Under the pieces are notes generated by a model. It was not told the DNA's origin and searched no databases. It worked only from the letters and a program-made list of their open reading frames with translations. A stretch of DNA of 64,000 nt from NCBI GenBank assembly GCA_045837725.1, contig JBEWZL010000267.1:1-64000 (forward strand), written 5' to 3'. Source of the stretch: Vermamoeba vermiformis. Taxonomy: Eukaryota. The position numbers were made by a program, and so were the translations under genes. Below, piece after piece: positions 35,923 through 53,697 of this stretch (the first letter of the stretch is position 1; every line of letters begins with the position of its first letter).

Positions 35923-38771
35923 TCATTTGACACGAACGACGTTTGTTATATCTCTCAACGGAGTACCTTTTGGTTTTGCTGCTAATTTCTCCGGTAACTT
36001 GACGCCCTTTTCCTCTTCGGTCAGACATTCAGGGTCTTCGTCGTCAAAATTCAACATGTTGCCAAGAACACACTTTGTGATGTAACTCGGTTTGATGTGT
36101 TTCATCGAGTAAAAGAATGGATGATTCAACGCTTGTTCGGCCGTGAGACGCTCCTCTGGATCCGATTTCAAACATTTCCAAATCAAGTCGAATAAAAGCT
36201 CTACAATCGGATACATCGGCATGGTACTAATCAAGCCAATTCAGATTAGATCAATGCAGAAAACAAGTACTTAATCCTTACTTTTGCTTTTGTTTGATTT
36301 CTTGAAACACATCCGCCACGCTGGATTCTTGCGTAATGTTACGGAAGCGGAAGAACTGTAAATGAGTTAGCTGTTGTTTGACCACTTACTAACGTTAACT
36401 TACGGTATCAAATACGTATAAACCCCATGCCCACATGTCCATTGCAGGCGACAAATGGCCTTGGTTTACTTCTGGCGCAACAAACGGAGGCGTTCCACGG
36501 CAATCATTCGCTGCGTATATATGTTAGAACGAGCGAATAACATTAACATAACTTACGATTGTTATTTACATCAAAAGAAAGCCCAAAGTCGATGAGGTAC
36601 GGCTTCATATCTTGCGACCAAGTGTATCTTTCATAGCCTGACGATCTCATGCTCGCAACGACGTTAGCTCTCTTAACGTCTGCGTGCACAATGCCCTGGC
36701 GGTGAAGATAATTCAACGCATCGAGTACACCCAGCACCATATTCACATTGTCATGAGCACATCGACGTAGAGCACCAATATCACCGTAACACTCGAATAT
36801 GACCCAACACTCTTTGTCATATTTGATCATATGGATTGGCTTGATAATATTAGGATGATTTAACTTCATCAGCAACGTATACTCGTTTGGCAACGATCCA
36901 TTGGCATCAAGAGGCAAGATCTGAAGCCCGATTAGCAAACCTTAAGTTGTCATAATAACAGCAATGACTTACCTTGGCAAAACGTACAACATGACCCCTA
37001 ACCAATGTTCGTGTGGTCGGTGTCGCGTAGATGACCTTGTACATGTTCTGATCTAGACAAAGAGTTTGCACGTTTGTTTGACCAGAATAGTTTGTGCCAG
37101 ATTGCGAGGATGAATTGGTGTTGCTGGACGAGGGCTTATTTGGCTGAGATTTGCTCGTTTTGGGAGGTTTGAGCGAATTAACGTCCTCTATTCCTGGCGT
37201 GTTTTGCTTGGAGCTGAAAGACAGAGGACTTTCTCTGACTTCGTACTCTGTCATTAATTGTAGATGAAAGTGAATGTGGACAAAGAGTTGTATGATTTGC
37301 TTGTAGTTTTGAAGGGAGTACTCGAGCGTGAAATTAGTCATCTCTGCATGGATATATCTAGCCGTATAAGACCGCGAAACTGCTCCAGGCTCGTCCCAAA
37401 GAAAGGCCCGCATAAGCGTCACTGACATTTTAGAGCCACCGTTGACAACGCCGTAGCAAAATGTCTTCTTAGTGTCAAACATGCCCAGAGAAAACGTCGT
37501 GGCCATGCGAGTCTCGGCAAGTACTTTGGTAGTATCTTTGTGCTCGTCAAAGACTGCGTCCACACTGCCATTTTCAACGATAATTGCAGGAACAAACTTT
37601 GGCGGAACTGGCTTTCCTGACACGATTGGAGCACGAGATGGCACTGAGATCATGAGATCCGGAAAAAGAGTCACATCCGCGAACTTGTCACCGGGAGGAA
37701 TGCAATCCATCACTTTGTCACTGCAGGTATCAACGTTATATTTAAAGTTGCTTTACGATTGTTATCTTAACTTACGCTGCTTGGTGATAATCCGCAAAAA
37801 AGTGGTGCCAAATTGAATACCATTTGACTTCTTTATCCAATTCGGACCACTGCTCTTGCGGCTCGCTGTGAATTCGTAGAATGTCCCATACCATCCGAGC
37901 CTTGGTAACGAATTCTGCAGGCAGAGCTTTTCGTACACTCGAGTCAAGGTCCTCGTAGAACTCAACTAAACCAGCGGGTAGTCCACTACCGGATGCAGCG
38001 AGGTTGATTTCAACCCTTTTCCATTTTCTTGAGAATAGCTCCAAGTGTTCATTTTGCACCAATTCTTCGTATACATCCATCTTATAACTCTGAGGATCAA
38101 TACCCCAGTTATATAAAAAGTCCTTAGCGCTGTTTAATCAAGTCAGATCGAATACGGAATTGCTTCACTACTTATGGACTACCTTGCATACGGTGCTCTA
38201 ATTTTGCTTTCCATGTATTCTTTCCAAGGAGAAGATATGTTGACGAAGGAAGGCTGAATGACAGACCTTTCGACTGTCAAATCTGCGCGGATGTGAGGAA
38301 ACGAAATCGACTCGATTTACCTAAAAACTTACAAGGTACCATTAAGCTTATTTCAGGTACGTGAAGTCGTTGGAACAGGTTCGCCCAGGTCTGGCCACTA
38401 TATTTGGCTAGCACATTTATTAACACTTGCTTATTTGTGGGCGTTGGCGTATTTTTTTGCAGCTGCTTGTAGGCGTTTTGTAATGTTCTAACCTTAAATC
38501 TTTGCAAATAAGCTTAAATGAAATAAATTAGATTTGGATTTGAAATTAAAAAGCGGATTCTTACTTTGCTTTTGGCTTTCGGTCATTACGGTCGGATCAA
38601 CTGGAAATAATAACTAGTTAGCAAATTAATTATACTCAAAAATTGAAACTTACAGTCCAGTAAGTAGATGTTAATCTTTTCATTCTGAAGCAGCGCATCG
38701 CTTCGTTCCGTTCCTGTTTTCGTTTGACTCGCGAAAAATTCTTCGCCAGGAAGCAAGTCGTCCTTCTCCAT
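35923..38771 (-). CDS. REase-like nuclease-kinase fusion, copy E (no lesion seen in nuclease or kinase)
   Basis: LFPDLMIS..IIVENG..HKDTTKVLAETRM..CYGVVNGG; RFAK|ILPL, HADVKRAN, DFG, GTPPFVAPE, RLTAEQALNHPFF; tail PLRDITN. Confidence 0.8.
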
Positions 38772-39034
38772 ATTACAATTTAAACAAATAAAACAAAATT
38801 AAAAACTCGTAAAAATGGCGGTCTACGTCGTACGCAACAAATAACCCCGAAAAAGCACTGTTGCCACCTGTGTTACAATAATAACAAGATTACATAACTT
38901 GGCGCTAATTCTATTGATTGGGTGTTCAACTGTTTTTCTGGCTACTAATACCGCGATCCTCGTGGTGTAAGTTAGCTCTGCGAGTCAATTACGTGCCTTG
39001 AACAAAATTGGTACTTAAACCTCGATCCAATTTA

Positions 39035-40447
39035 TTAATGCAGTGGTACTGCAAAAACAAGCGGTTGTTTCGAATCTGTTGTGGATGTAACCACACGAGA
39101 ACTGAACTGCGGCATAAACGCACGACGGTAACTGTTGCTCTTGTTCCCAGTACTCCTATGTAACATTTGGCTGGCTATTATAATCATAGAGCCTGCCGGT
39201 ATGTACATGGGAACCTCGATCTCTTTCAGGGACGGATCTTGCTTCTAAAAATAAAACGTAAGCTTAAACGATCGATAAAAACTAAATAAAGTAAGATTTA
39301 TTTAATATTTGCCTGCAAATAAAGCTATTCCCAGTAATTGATTGGGATCGAGATCGGGATCGGATGCATTTCTACTTACGAGTTGCTTTTGTACGAGCGT
39401 GTATTTAGGCGGGTATCTATTAGCAGCCTCTCTATGATGTTTAATATAATTTTCGTTGAGTAGTCCAACGTAGTTCGTTTCTTCAGGCGTGTCAAAGTAC
39501 GGCACCATTTGCAACGCACCATTTTCCTAATTAAACCATTTAGCTTCATTTTTTCATATTAATTAGCAACACTTATATGAAGTATATGATACGATAATAA
39601 CAATGGACTTACAGGAGTAGTATCATCTAGACACATCCAGCACGATACAAACGGAATGTTATCGTCTTCTAAATACTCTCCGTCCTTAATATTATATTAG
39701 ATATATGTGAAATATTATTATTTATGTCGATTAAATGCCAAGCAAGCCCTAGTAACGTACCTGATGATAATTGAAAATGGATCCGTCTTCGCTTTTTGGT
39801 GGCTTCACAATATATTGCTCATTAAACTAGAATAGAGATGCAAAAAGTCAATTTCGTGATTATTAAGATATAGGGAACATAATGAGCAACGGATTTGGGC
39901 CACTTGGATGCAATGCTATTCCGTCCATTTCATCAGGATATCAACAAAACTTACCAGAAAAACGTTCGGTCCTATTATCGAGGAAACTATGTCTAGCAAC
40001 AATTTGCTGCAAATAAATTGAGTGACTTCGTCTCGTAAACGCTTTGACCGAGTGGATTTGTACTCTTCCTGGCTAGTTGGATGAAACGATTTTAAATCAG
40101 GATTTAGTTGGTGACCTAGAGGCTCTATACTACGGGAACTAGTATTAGTAACGAGCTTAAGTAGCGTTGCTCAAATCTGTTACGGGTGACTTTTAGAATT
40201 TGGCGGATTTACCTAAAATGCAACCATAATTCTCCACTACGTCTTCTTTGTCAACCATATCGAGCAATATATCGCATTCTGCACGCATTGCTACAAACAG
40301 GTCAGATGCGGTTACTTCCATTCTGCTTAAAAAATTCTATTCCGCAGTATTCAGGTATTTACCTTCTATAATATTGTTTGGTATTATTTTCTCTAATAAT
40401 AAAAATCCTCTACGATGAAATTCATTGATCTGTTGCTGTGACAGCAT
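39035..40447 (-). CDS. Phytanoyl-CoA dioxygenase (PhyH) family 2OG-Fe(II) oxygenase
   Basis: MLSQQQINEFHRRGFLLLE; EQYIVKPP..YHQD; CWMCLDD..ENGALQMVP; PAGSMI..LHRSTGNKSNSYRRAFMPQFS. Confidence 0.9.
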
Positions 40448-41089
40448 GATTTTTGGCGGGATCTTCGACAATAGGCAAGATGCAGCAATATATGATTAAA
40501 TTTGAATCAACGAATATGTGGTATCGTTGAACAACAAATAATGCTAAAATCGGCGAGATCTGGCAAAAAAATATAGGCGATATAATTTTAACGAAAGGCG
40601 ATGTATCTCGAAAATTTGGCGAGACTGGCGGCAAAATCAACTAAAACCCAAAATTTCCAACAGCACAAAACGAAGACTACACGCAACGTTATTTATTTGA
40701 TCTATTGATAGTTAATTGCGTGCTAGAGTGATTGGAAATAATTGGGGCAGATTTGCACGACGTTTTGATTTTTCAATTTGGCTTAAAAACGCTTGATTGA
40801 TGACTTATTGAAGCAAAAAATATTAAAAAATATTTGGAGTATTGTAAAAAATGGACAGAAATCAAGATAATAATCGGATGAGCATTGCGAGCGAAAACGA
40901 CTCGAATGCGCCAAAGAAAACCAACGACATTGACCAAAAGATAAACGACATGAAAATATCGAGTAAGTATAACGAGGTGATATTCAGTATAAATTTCGTT
41001 TAGAACACAAGTGACAAAGAGAGTCAAAAAAAAAGATCTTTTTTTTATTTTATGAATGCGATGCGAAAAATAGCCCTTAACTAACGCAA

Positions 41090-43368
<2,279 letters not shown>

Positions 43369-43754
43369 GACCCCTGCTCCAGCTCTGTGAGAGCGAGTTA
43401 ATTGTTTAAACGCTTAAGCAATATTTAAGAAGTTTGAAAGATCTCATCTAGCTTTTGCGTTTGAATTTTTGGCTCGTTCAGTCAATTTTTGTTATTTAAA
43501 ATATTTTTCTTGTATAAAGACCTCAATCTCAATCGTGTTATTTTTTGGCCTATTTTTGCCTTGAGCCAAATTATCTGTCAATGATTTGTGGCGCATAAAG
43601 AACCAAATTAAACGTTCGCTTTCAATAACCAATCAACAACGCGTTAATTACGTATGTATGTTAACAGGACCTCAACCTACGTTAACTGAATACCAGATGT
43701 GATTTCCCTGCTCGTTTTGATACTGCCCTTTAGTGCGATTAGAACTGCCAAAAA

Positions 43755-46700
43755 ATGGAGTCAGTAAGACGCCGGATAACAAAAAAGCCAAAGAAGTTCG
43801 ATATTAAAGAGGAAATGAAGATCGCAGCCGAGAATAAAAATACATCCGTCTCAAAACCAAACAAAAAAAGAAAATTAGAAGATTCCGATACTAATGATAA
43901 TAATAACAGTAACAAAAAAAGAAAAACAGATAAATCAGGTCCGAAGAAATGGCAAGCACGAGTTGCAAAAAGAGCGCCAAATCCGAAAACAAAGCCAGAG
44001 ACAAAATATACAGCTTCGCAACCTAAAAACTCGCGTAATAAAATAGGAAGATCCGATAAAAAGGATTCTATAGAAACAAAATCCCAGCGAACTGCGCTGA
44101 ATCCGGATTTGCCAGAAAACGAAGCCACAGACGAAACCTGTAAGTTTCAATCACTTCGACGGTGTTAAACTAACAACGACGCCAGCACCAAAGATCACTT
44201 TGGAAAACAAAGTCCTTACTAGCCCCCTAAACTTCAGCGGTGCTCTTAGCAAACTAGAAAACTCAGTAGCTACCACGAGCGATGGCAAAAAGTAAGTCAT
44301 CTGCACATGAACTTCCGTATTAATACTAATCCTTGTAAAGAGTAACGTTGCGAGAACTTTGTGAAGAGTTGAGTATACGTCCCATGGAGAACGGTATTTC
44401 AATGAATCTTAGCACCATTCGGTGGAGCGACACAATGGAGACGGATGTGCTCCCCTTCGTCGAAAGTTTAATACCCAAACTGGTAACAAACGTACGTATT
44501 ATTAACCCAACTACGAGGACGTTAATAACTTTAAACAGATCATGGGGTTCAAGCCACACCAACAACAAGACACGTTTGCTGAACAACGCAAATTGATTGC
44601 TAACAAAATTGCCACGCACAATCCTGACTATGAAAAGAATTTCAAACAGATTTTGCCTGATTTTGTCACCATTGTCACGAACTGGGGACAAGCTTCCAAC
44701 GCCTCCAAAGACTTCACGACCTTCACCAAGCTATTCCAGCCGTTCTTTCAAGATCTCCCGTCAACGCGATGCTCGGTCATGAGTCTTCCTGACACAAGAA
44801 GCTCAGTTTGGAAAGACAAGGTTGAATTCGTCTACTTCATTCGGGAAGACAGTCCACACAAAGACTTGCACAAGCTCACACAACTGATGTGGTGTGCACT
44901 GCGGTTGCAAATCTTGCATTTAAAACCGTCAAAAGAACTGAGGACACTCTACTGCTTTGGCATTCTTACATCAGGCTACTGCGTACAACTACTGCAAATG
45001 TTTGTTCGACTTAATTCTGAAAGAGCCTACGACAACCCACTCTACGAGCTCTGGGCCGAGCCTGAACTCAATCTTGCCAAATTTGACGAAGCCTCTTTGA
45101 CCAAGTTAATGACGTGGCTCCTTGCTATTCGCACTTACCATTTCCATTTGAAAAACGTACTAAAGGCCTGGCCGGTAGCGACAACCGCACGTGAATGCCT
45201 GACAACCAAAATGATCGACCTCAGAAAAAATTCCATGACTGACGACAGTGATTATGACGATGATAAGCAAGGCAAATTTGATCCAGCTCCAAGTAACAAT
45301 AATACCAATCGGCCACGAGGTTGTGAGACTAGTACGCCACAACCGAGTCCTTATAAAGCTTCCCAGAAACAAGGCTCAAAGGGCAACAAAGAAGAAGTCG
45401 ATCAAGAAACGCTCGATGCAATTGTTTATGGTATCAACAACAAAGAGTACGGTGTCCTACACGAGGTAAGTACTATGCGCTCAATGACAGTACAAGTGAT
45501 CTAACAGCCTTATTGTAGAATGCTAAGTACAACAAGCGAGTGCTTCTCGTGTGCACGACAGTCAAGTGCATGAGACTGTTTGTCGTCAAGCTCTACGGTG
45601 CTGAATGTGACAACATGCACGAATTTGAAGTATTGAAAGTGCTTGGGCAACATCCAAACGTTTGCGAACTTCTCGCCGTCACTAAGCTCGAGAGTAAGCT
45701 TGTTAATATTTCATGATACATACCATGAACTAATCATTTTAAACAGCTGGTGAAATTCTGACCGTACAACCGTACTACAGAGACAGTGATGATTGGTACA
45801 ACGGCTACGCGAAAAGAGAGATGTTCCCGTTAGTTTTTCTTCAGCTAGCAAAGGTTCGTGTCCCTCACCTATCATCAAACAACAATGCTAACGGCACCTA
45901 TTGACAGGGTTTATCACATGTACACGATGGCAGCGTCATTCACGGCGATATCAAGCCCTACAACTTCATGGTGGACTCGGATTGCAATACCCGCATCCTT
46001 GACTTTGACTTCAGTGCTCGTGTGGACACCGGTAAGCTCTCTGAAATGTTTGAGGGGTCACATATTAATCAACAATAGATGACATGGAGAGGCTTGGTGG
46101 AACAGAAGGCTATTACGCACCTGAGTGGTACGAGCGATACAAAAAAGAGACTGGAGATGCTCCAGTGACATTCAAGTTCGATATTTGGAGCTTGGCAATT
46201 ACCATGTGCCAATACGTATGTTACAAGTCATGCGTTCTAAACTCATAAAATCTAACTGGAATTATACTTCAGGCTGGCGTTGAGTTCGGTCAAATTGTAG
46301 ATCCACTCGAACGACGTGCACAAATTCTTGAAGATATCAAATCCAAATCGTAAGATTATAATGCTGTACCATCGATGCTGTCAGTTGTTAACATTGTTCT
46401 CGTTGACAGGTTCCTTTTGTGGCCAGTTGGCAGTTTGATTGAGCGAATGCTGGCAATTCATCCAGATGACAGACCAACTGCTTCAGAAGTGTTTGATGTG
46501 CTCGTGAAAGTGTATGGCGATTGTGGAATTGCTCGAAATGAAGTCAAAAGTGACCGAGCTGTCGCGCAACACAACAAACTTCGTGAAGATAAAGCAAGAA
46601 TTGTTCAACAAGAGCCAGCAAACAAAACGTTGGAGACCAACTATAATCGAACTGCAAAGAAGCGTCAGTACACAGATGATAACGATGAAAATAGAGACCA

Positions 46701-46809
46701 AAGAAATGGTCCAAAGATTAGACAACGAGTACCAGCAGCTGGCAAGAGAAACAAAGATGCCAAGAGCACTCGAGGTATTCTAAACGACATCACTAATGTT
46801 GTAAAATAA
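43755..46809 (+). CDS. REase-like nuclease-kinase fusion, copy F (open linker; close paralog of B)
   Basis: SLPDTRSS..IREDSPHKDLHKLTQLM..CFGILTSG; ORF 44542-45504 reads through the linker into the kinase exons (HGDIKPYN, DFD, YYAPE); tail RGILNDITN. Confidence 0.8.
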
Positions 46810-47039
46810 TGTTTTATGTTGTATATAATGTAAATATGTATCATAGCTGCTTTGACTATTTATCATTTCCTACTAAGTGTTTCGATCAAAAAAAAGTTTG
46901 GAACATTCCTACCAAGAAATTTCCGCTAAAATGTGTGCAGGGCACTTTCAAACGTCAGCTACCCAGGTTGGATATTACCTACAGACTACGACAATAACGT
47001 TCGATGGAAAGGTGCGACATTTTATTGTGAGCTTCTACA

Positions 47040-50000
47040 CTATTTACGAGGTTGATATTGAGGAGGTTGCTGTGGCTGTTGCTGTTGCATCATATACGGA
47101 TTGGCGATGTAATATGCTGGTTGTCCAGGGTAATGATATTGACCGTAGATCATTTGCTGCGGCTGTTGTTGCGGCGTAGGTTGTTGCAACACTGAAAAAA
47201 AACGACGTTTAGAACGATGTTGGCGGTGTTATGGAGGCATTTCTAAATATGGTAATTGAACTTACTCGTCATGGGAACGCTGAAGGGGCCGCTCGGAGCA
47301 ATTCCGACTGGTGCGGGGTACGGTGGTGGGGCTTGTTGCGAACCAGGTGCGTGATAATATACAGGCATTTGAGTGCTCGGTTGTGACTGTTGCGAAGGCT
47401 GTGCTGCAACACTGGACGAGAGGGACGTGCTTTGCGACATCACGCTCGAACTGCCAAGCGATGAGGACGCGTTCGTAGATTGATTTTGCGACTGGATCTG
47501 CGAAGCAGCTTCTTGCGCTCGAATGTCACTATAAAAAATCCATTATCAATACTAGTCCTAATATTGTTATAACACGTGTCACATCGGCCAATTTGGCATG
47601 TAAAAGTTTTTGACCGAAGTTGTTCGGGGTCGATTTTGACACGTTGACACGTGTCATTAAAGCGTTGTTGAACGTACCCTAACAAATCATCCTTCTCCGT
47701 TCGTCGGGCAAAGATAAAATCTTGACATTTTGAGCGGAATTTCTTCAAGGCCTCTTGGAAATCAACGTAGAATTGTGCTCCTTCACTGAGATCCAAAATT
47801 AATCTCAGCTCTATTGCCTAATAAATGTATCTCGGATACTTACGTAAGATGGAATTTCAATTGATTATAAATGCTAAACGCGTTGTCAAATTGACTGAGA
47901 ACTTCTTGGCGTTTTGCGAGATCCATGTTGCTCTTACGTTGTTCGACCAACTTCTGATTCTCATTCTATAATATCATTAATATCACGATAAGTATTTATA
48001 TAGCTTCACTTACTGTAATATCGATTAATAAGCTCGCTTGAGTGGTAAAAGTGCTGCGGATTTGAGAGATCAGATGCGCGTACTTTTGCAACTCGTGATT
48101 GAATAGCGCTTCGAATTCATTTTCAGGAGTACGGATAATTTTATCAAGGATGTCGTCCTAGTAAAAACATGAGTAATTTGATTGACAGGAGCAGGGATCA
48201 CCTCGCGCAAGAACGGATTCGCTTACTTTTGTCGAAATTTCTTTCACTTGCGACAACTTTTGTTCACGTTCATAAAGCAAACTGTCCAATTGGGACAATC
48301 GTTCCTTTAATACTGAGACGTTCAATGTCGGAGTTGTGCCCGAAAGTAGATCTGCCGTCGGCAACAATCCTGAGATCTGTTCCTTCTCCCACGATAATCT
48401 TTGCAAGAATTCAGCGCCGCTTTCTAATTTTGACGCAATGAATCGATCGGATTTACGGGCGTGATCGAGATTTCCTTGATGTTTTTGCGCTTCACCTCGA
48501 AGTTGATCCGTCAACATGTGCGAAGGAGTTCTAAATACAACATTAGAACAAGCTTAATATGAATCATCTTATATGAACTAATACGATTTTAAAAAATACG
48601 GCAAATGTGAAATTTTAAGGGCGAAGTGTCAAAAGTGTCATTTGCTGACCTGTTCCATTTGTTCTTGTATTGATTTCTTAAGTCGTTATCCTCGCGCTCC
48701 TCCTCGTCTAATAATTTAGTCGATTCTGACAGGGCCAGTTGAGCTTGTTGCGCCAATTTGTCGAGCAACTTTAACTGCTCGCGCAAGAAGTTGACACCGC
48801 CCTCAAGCTTGACAACACGAAGACGCTCCAACAAACTCGATGGAATGCCTATAGGTGTCTCCATCGCTTCAATGGCACCGGGTAAGCCCAATGCAGTTAG
48901 CGCTCTATAGTCAAAAAATTAGTCAAAGTGACACCTAAAAAACTGAAAAAAACCAGATCTCGAATCCGGCAAAACTCTCATTTGTGAATGATAATGCAAC
49001 CTTAGTAATGATATAATACTTACCCTTTAGCGGTGTCATTTTGTTGTTCCATCTCCTTGTTAATCTCGCGAAGTAACTCGGCTCGTTTTTCCTTTACAAA
49101 ACAACGTTAGATCCAAACCGCAAATTTATATTTCTATTATCACTTAGTTAATATATTATGCCATCGGTACTTACGCAATAAAGAGAATCGGCTTTTCTAG
49201 CACCAGTTGGAACGAGATTAACGAACGGATCAACGACCAAGCCAAATTTCTCTTTTTCAAGGGGCATTGCCTTGACCATTGATTTTTTTTCTAGCGGCTT
49301 TAATTTGCTCTCGGGAATAACCATGTCGTGGTAGATTTCATCGTTATCTTTTTCAGCCTTTTGTAACGCCACTTGAATTTTCTACATAAATTGTTAAGTT
49401 AATATAGCCCCATGATATTAATTCATACGCTATTATATTTAAAATTCAAAGCAATAATTAATCAAACGAAAGACCGATGTTTGTAAAGGATTTCCATAAA
49501 AGGTAATCCGGATTATTGTCGAGATCTGACTTACTGATAAGTTCATAGTGAAGTATTCGGCCATTTCAGGCACGTTCTTAGTCAATTTTGCAGTTTGACA
49601 AGCAATTAACAAACTGTAAGCCGTGCGTAGTCGTCCGATCTGTTGGCCGAATAACTCCTCAGTGGCCAAGTCACGTGAGTCTTCATAATGAGCAATAGCC
49701 TTGAACATGTTCAATTTTAACTCGCAATAGCTCGAGTATTTCTATATAAATCGTTAGTGACGTCCAACAGAAAAAAACCACATCCGGATCTTTCATAATT
49801 TGCAACGCAAATTTAAGAAATATATACCGTATAATTATATCATAATAGGTATTCATAATAAAATTGATAAAATATTCACCTTGGGTACGACGTTTTTCAA
49901 TTCAGTAGTGGTGATCAGATTATTCGTAACTTCGTAATATTCAGCGACTTGTGCGGCTAATTTGGACAATACTCCGGCCTTCATATTTCCTTTTATGGCT

Positions 50001-51019
50001 TTTTCAAGCACGCATTCTTGCGCTTGAGCCAACATCAGATTGCTGAGCATGAGCAATGAAATACCGGTCAAATCGTTGCCTGCAGCTGCTGTTGGTGAAT
50101 GTTCCAGCTCTTCTTCTTTCAAATTTAGAAAAGCGCCCGATGCTAGCTATTAAATAAATAATAAAATTAATAAAAAAAATTGCATTTGCAAATGAAAAAA
50201 TTAACGCTAAGGAAGGGATCACTAACGTAAAAAATGTTTCATACCAATCCTTAAAACAATCGAAAATTATTTTGGTTGCTATTAAAATATTTGTATTGAT
50301 GGTATTTGTGATTAAATTTGCCTCGAAATTGTCTATTTAAGGGAGATCAAGATCACATCTGAACTTTTCGTACCTGAAAATATTTGCCAGCGTTCTTAAT
50401 TCCTTCATCAGTATTTCTATTTTGCGCGGCAGCAATTTGGCTCATAAATGCAGCGGTATTAAACAAGACATTGGCTCGTTCGTAGCGAACATTATACAGA
50501 CCTAAAAAAAACAAATTTTGTTAAATTTCCGCAAAGAATTTTTTATATTATCCCTACTCACCAACTTTCTTATTTTTATAGACATCGTACCAAGTAAATT
50601 GGATCCGGACCTGTAAATTTCGTGAGCAAATTACCGAAAAAACGAAAAATATTCTCAAAAATACAAAAATAATTAAATACTTACGTCCTTCTCTGATATA
50701 GGTATTCTCCTTTCGAGGGATGCCAATAATCCATAATATCTAATAAGCAAATTAATTTTTGAAAATTTTTTCAGATTTGTAATTGAATAATTTCCACGTC
50801 ATCAATGATGGCATACCTGTAATGAATAGGAAGTGTATTTTCAGATTTTTCTACGGCATTTCTAACGTCCTCGCGTAATTTATCGAGTTCATTTAAAGCC
50901 TCTTGAAAATCTGCTACTTTGTAACTTTCTTCTTTCTCGATCCACTTTGATAATGGCTTCTCAAACGAGACTTTATCAGTCCGTTTCTTATCTACACTAA
51001 GCATATACGAAGTCGCCAT
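47040..51019 (-). CDS. Alix/Bro1 family ESCRT adaptor (Bro1, V and Pro/Gln-rich domains)
   Basis: FTWYD, YERANVLFN, LMLAQAQECVLEKA, AEKDNDEIYHD, LGLPGAIEA, EGAQFYVDF, and a P/Q/Y-rich tail. Confidence 0.93.
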
Positions 51020-51120
51020 TGTGTTGCGCGTTTAATTTTAAATTGAAAAAATAACCACGAATGCAACATTTTTTATTGCGGATCTCGCACTAATTACATA
51101 TGTACAAACACCAAGTAAGA

Positions 51121-53697
51121 CTAATCCGACTCGTCCATAGTTACAGTGATGTCGTCAAAGTAAGGATGCTCTAAGCACACCTCAGCGCTGGGTCGCTCTT
51201 CCGGATCTTCCTCCAACATGGTTCGCACGAGATCCACTGCAACAATTAGCAAATATTAATTATTTTTTACTTTACGTACCTAATTTAGGTGTCGCTAGCT
51301 CTGTATATTCGCCACTGTTAACCCTCTCGATGAGTTTCTCTCTTGCTGCAAACGAGTCTATTCTCGTGTTGTACATCTGCTTGCCTGTTAGTGCTGCGTT
51401 GAAAATTATTGACCAATACCTTTTCAGCACAAACAAGTCCTGCTGCAAATATATCGACCTTGTTGCTCTCAAAGTCACCGTCTAGTCTTTCTGGTGACAT
51501 ATAAACGTACGTGCCGCCAAATTTGTACTTGAGGGTCTGACCAGGGTAAAGCGTTGTTGCGAACTAACAAATTGTTATTTTACAGCTATAAAAACGAATA
51601 ATTATGTCTTACCGCGAAATCGATCAATTTTACGTGGTTGCTAGCCGAAAGCATTACATTCGCATGCTTTATATCTCCGTGAACGCAGTAACGCGAATGC
51701 ACATGCAGTAATGCCTAAAAGAATCATAAACGACTTTTCTTATTACTGACGATAGAACGTACCTGAAGTAACTCCCAAATGAACATTTGTAACTGGCTGT
51801 GCGTAGTGAATTCTGGCAATGGATTTAATTTCTCCATGATCAATCGTGCCTCGTTTTTCGCATCCAAGTGCAAAAGTTTAACTACATAACGGCCTAAAAT
51901 CAGCATTAGTACCTTTCGATAGTTACACCACGACCTTACCTTGTAATTTGTGAAGCATGGTGGCTTCGTACAATGCTTCGCTTTGACTTTTAATGAACTT
52001 CACTGCTACTTCGTAACCGCCGCTTGTTACAGCCAAACAAACACGCGTCGAAGGGCCCTAATAATTTGTTAGAACTTTACGTAGTAACTACTAAGTCTTA
52101 CAGAATACAGCTCTCGGGTTATAACTGCATCACTGACATCAATACAAATTCGCTGTTTCGTTTCTTTGACGGCATTAATATTAGGAGCAGACTTCGTATT
52201 ACTTATGCTCGCTGTCGAAGGAGAATTTACGGCTTGATTTTTGCTTCTATTTGAAGGTTTTGGCTTCTCATTAACCGCCAACTGCTTAATTTCATCAATA
52301 AGTTCGGCTTGCTCTGCTTCAGAAATTAATTCGAGCCGACATGTGCACGACAAATTGTAGGCTGCCAACCGCTGCAAAATAACTCCAAGTTGTAACCAAG
52401 ATAAATAGCTTTTTGTGAGCTTGTGCGTGTAGATGTGATGCGCTTTGTAGACGAAATCGGGTGAATCGCTGCCTTGCAGTACGTAAAAATGCCAATTTAG
52501 ACCAAGGCAGTAAGCACCGAGTGTATAACGTCTATTTTTTTTAAATAAGCGCCTCTCGATGTCGCGAGCGATGGCTAACTCGATTAACAACTTGCACCTT
52601 GAGAACGTGTTAGAAAATAACGCAATTGATTTGATTGCTTACACGTCATTGGTCCCCGTGCCTCCTGAACTACATTCTGCGATAAAACTCGGAACAAACA
52701 CGCGACTTGCGTTGGGTGTCCATCCATCGGCCTTGATAATGCGATACAAAAGATCGATCATCGCCGAATCCTCTGCAAAAAAGCACACCATATTACCATC
52801 TGGATTAATACGCCAATGTCCGGCAACTAAGTCTGGTTTGACTTCGATCGGGGCATCAGCTTTCACGTGGACTGGAAATGTCGGGTACTGATGAAGTGTG
52901 TAATATCGCCTATGTAAGCGATAATACTTTAGAATATATTGGCCAACAAGTAGATTTAAGATCCAAACTTACGACACTGTGAATCCAAAATAATGACAGA
53001 GGTGCTCCGCCATTGTCTCGATTTTTGCATCATTTTTGGAGTTCTTATCGATCGTTAGGTAATTAGTGCGCACTATACTAAAATAGTCGCGCCATTGTTC
53101 ATTAATGACGTGATCTATTGTCCAGTTGTCTGCAAATTGCTGGTAAGTTCCCTCGTTTTTTATCACAACCTTGTCTTTCTCCTAATAACAATATCAATAA
53201 TGTAACGGCAAATTATTATTTCTTACTTGAGAGCGCAGATGCTTGGCGTGCTCATCTGTAACCGGAATTATGGTGGTATCGAAGATTGACCAAGGAAAGT
53301 GCGGCAGAGCTTCTCGCTGAACTGTGAAACTTCGTTCGGCATTAATATCAAAGTCTATCTTCGCCTGATCCAAGTGTGTCTTTGTAAACTTCAAGCTGGA
53401 TACCTCCGCGAACTGTTGCGGTTGTCCTTCTTGTAAATTTAACGCTAAGCCTAAGTGTTGAACGGAAAACATTCTTACGCTACTCATTCCAATATATTTA
53501 TCAGGAGTTTCTTCGTGAAGGGCTGTCTCATCCGGAGATTGCGGAGGAGTATTTAGATCTTCCTCAATAACATCAATAATTTTTCCTAGCCAATGTGTGG
53601 ATAAATAATTTTCTTGTCGCATAATTGGAGAAGAACAAATTGAGGTAAATCCGAATTTTGGATCGGATTTTGACTGGTCCGGCAGATTCTGCTCCAT
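51121..53697 (-). CDS. REase-like nuclease-kinase fusion, copy G
   Basis: VKPDLVAG..FIAECSSG..DVCKLLIEL..TLGAYCLG; kinase VAVK, HGDIKHAN, DFA, GGTYVYMSPE, RPSAEVCLEHPYF. Confidence 0.78.
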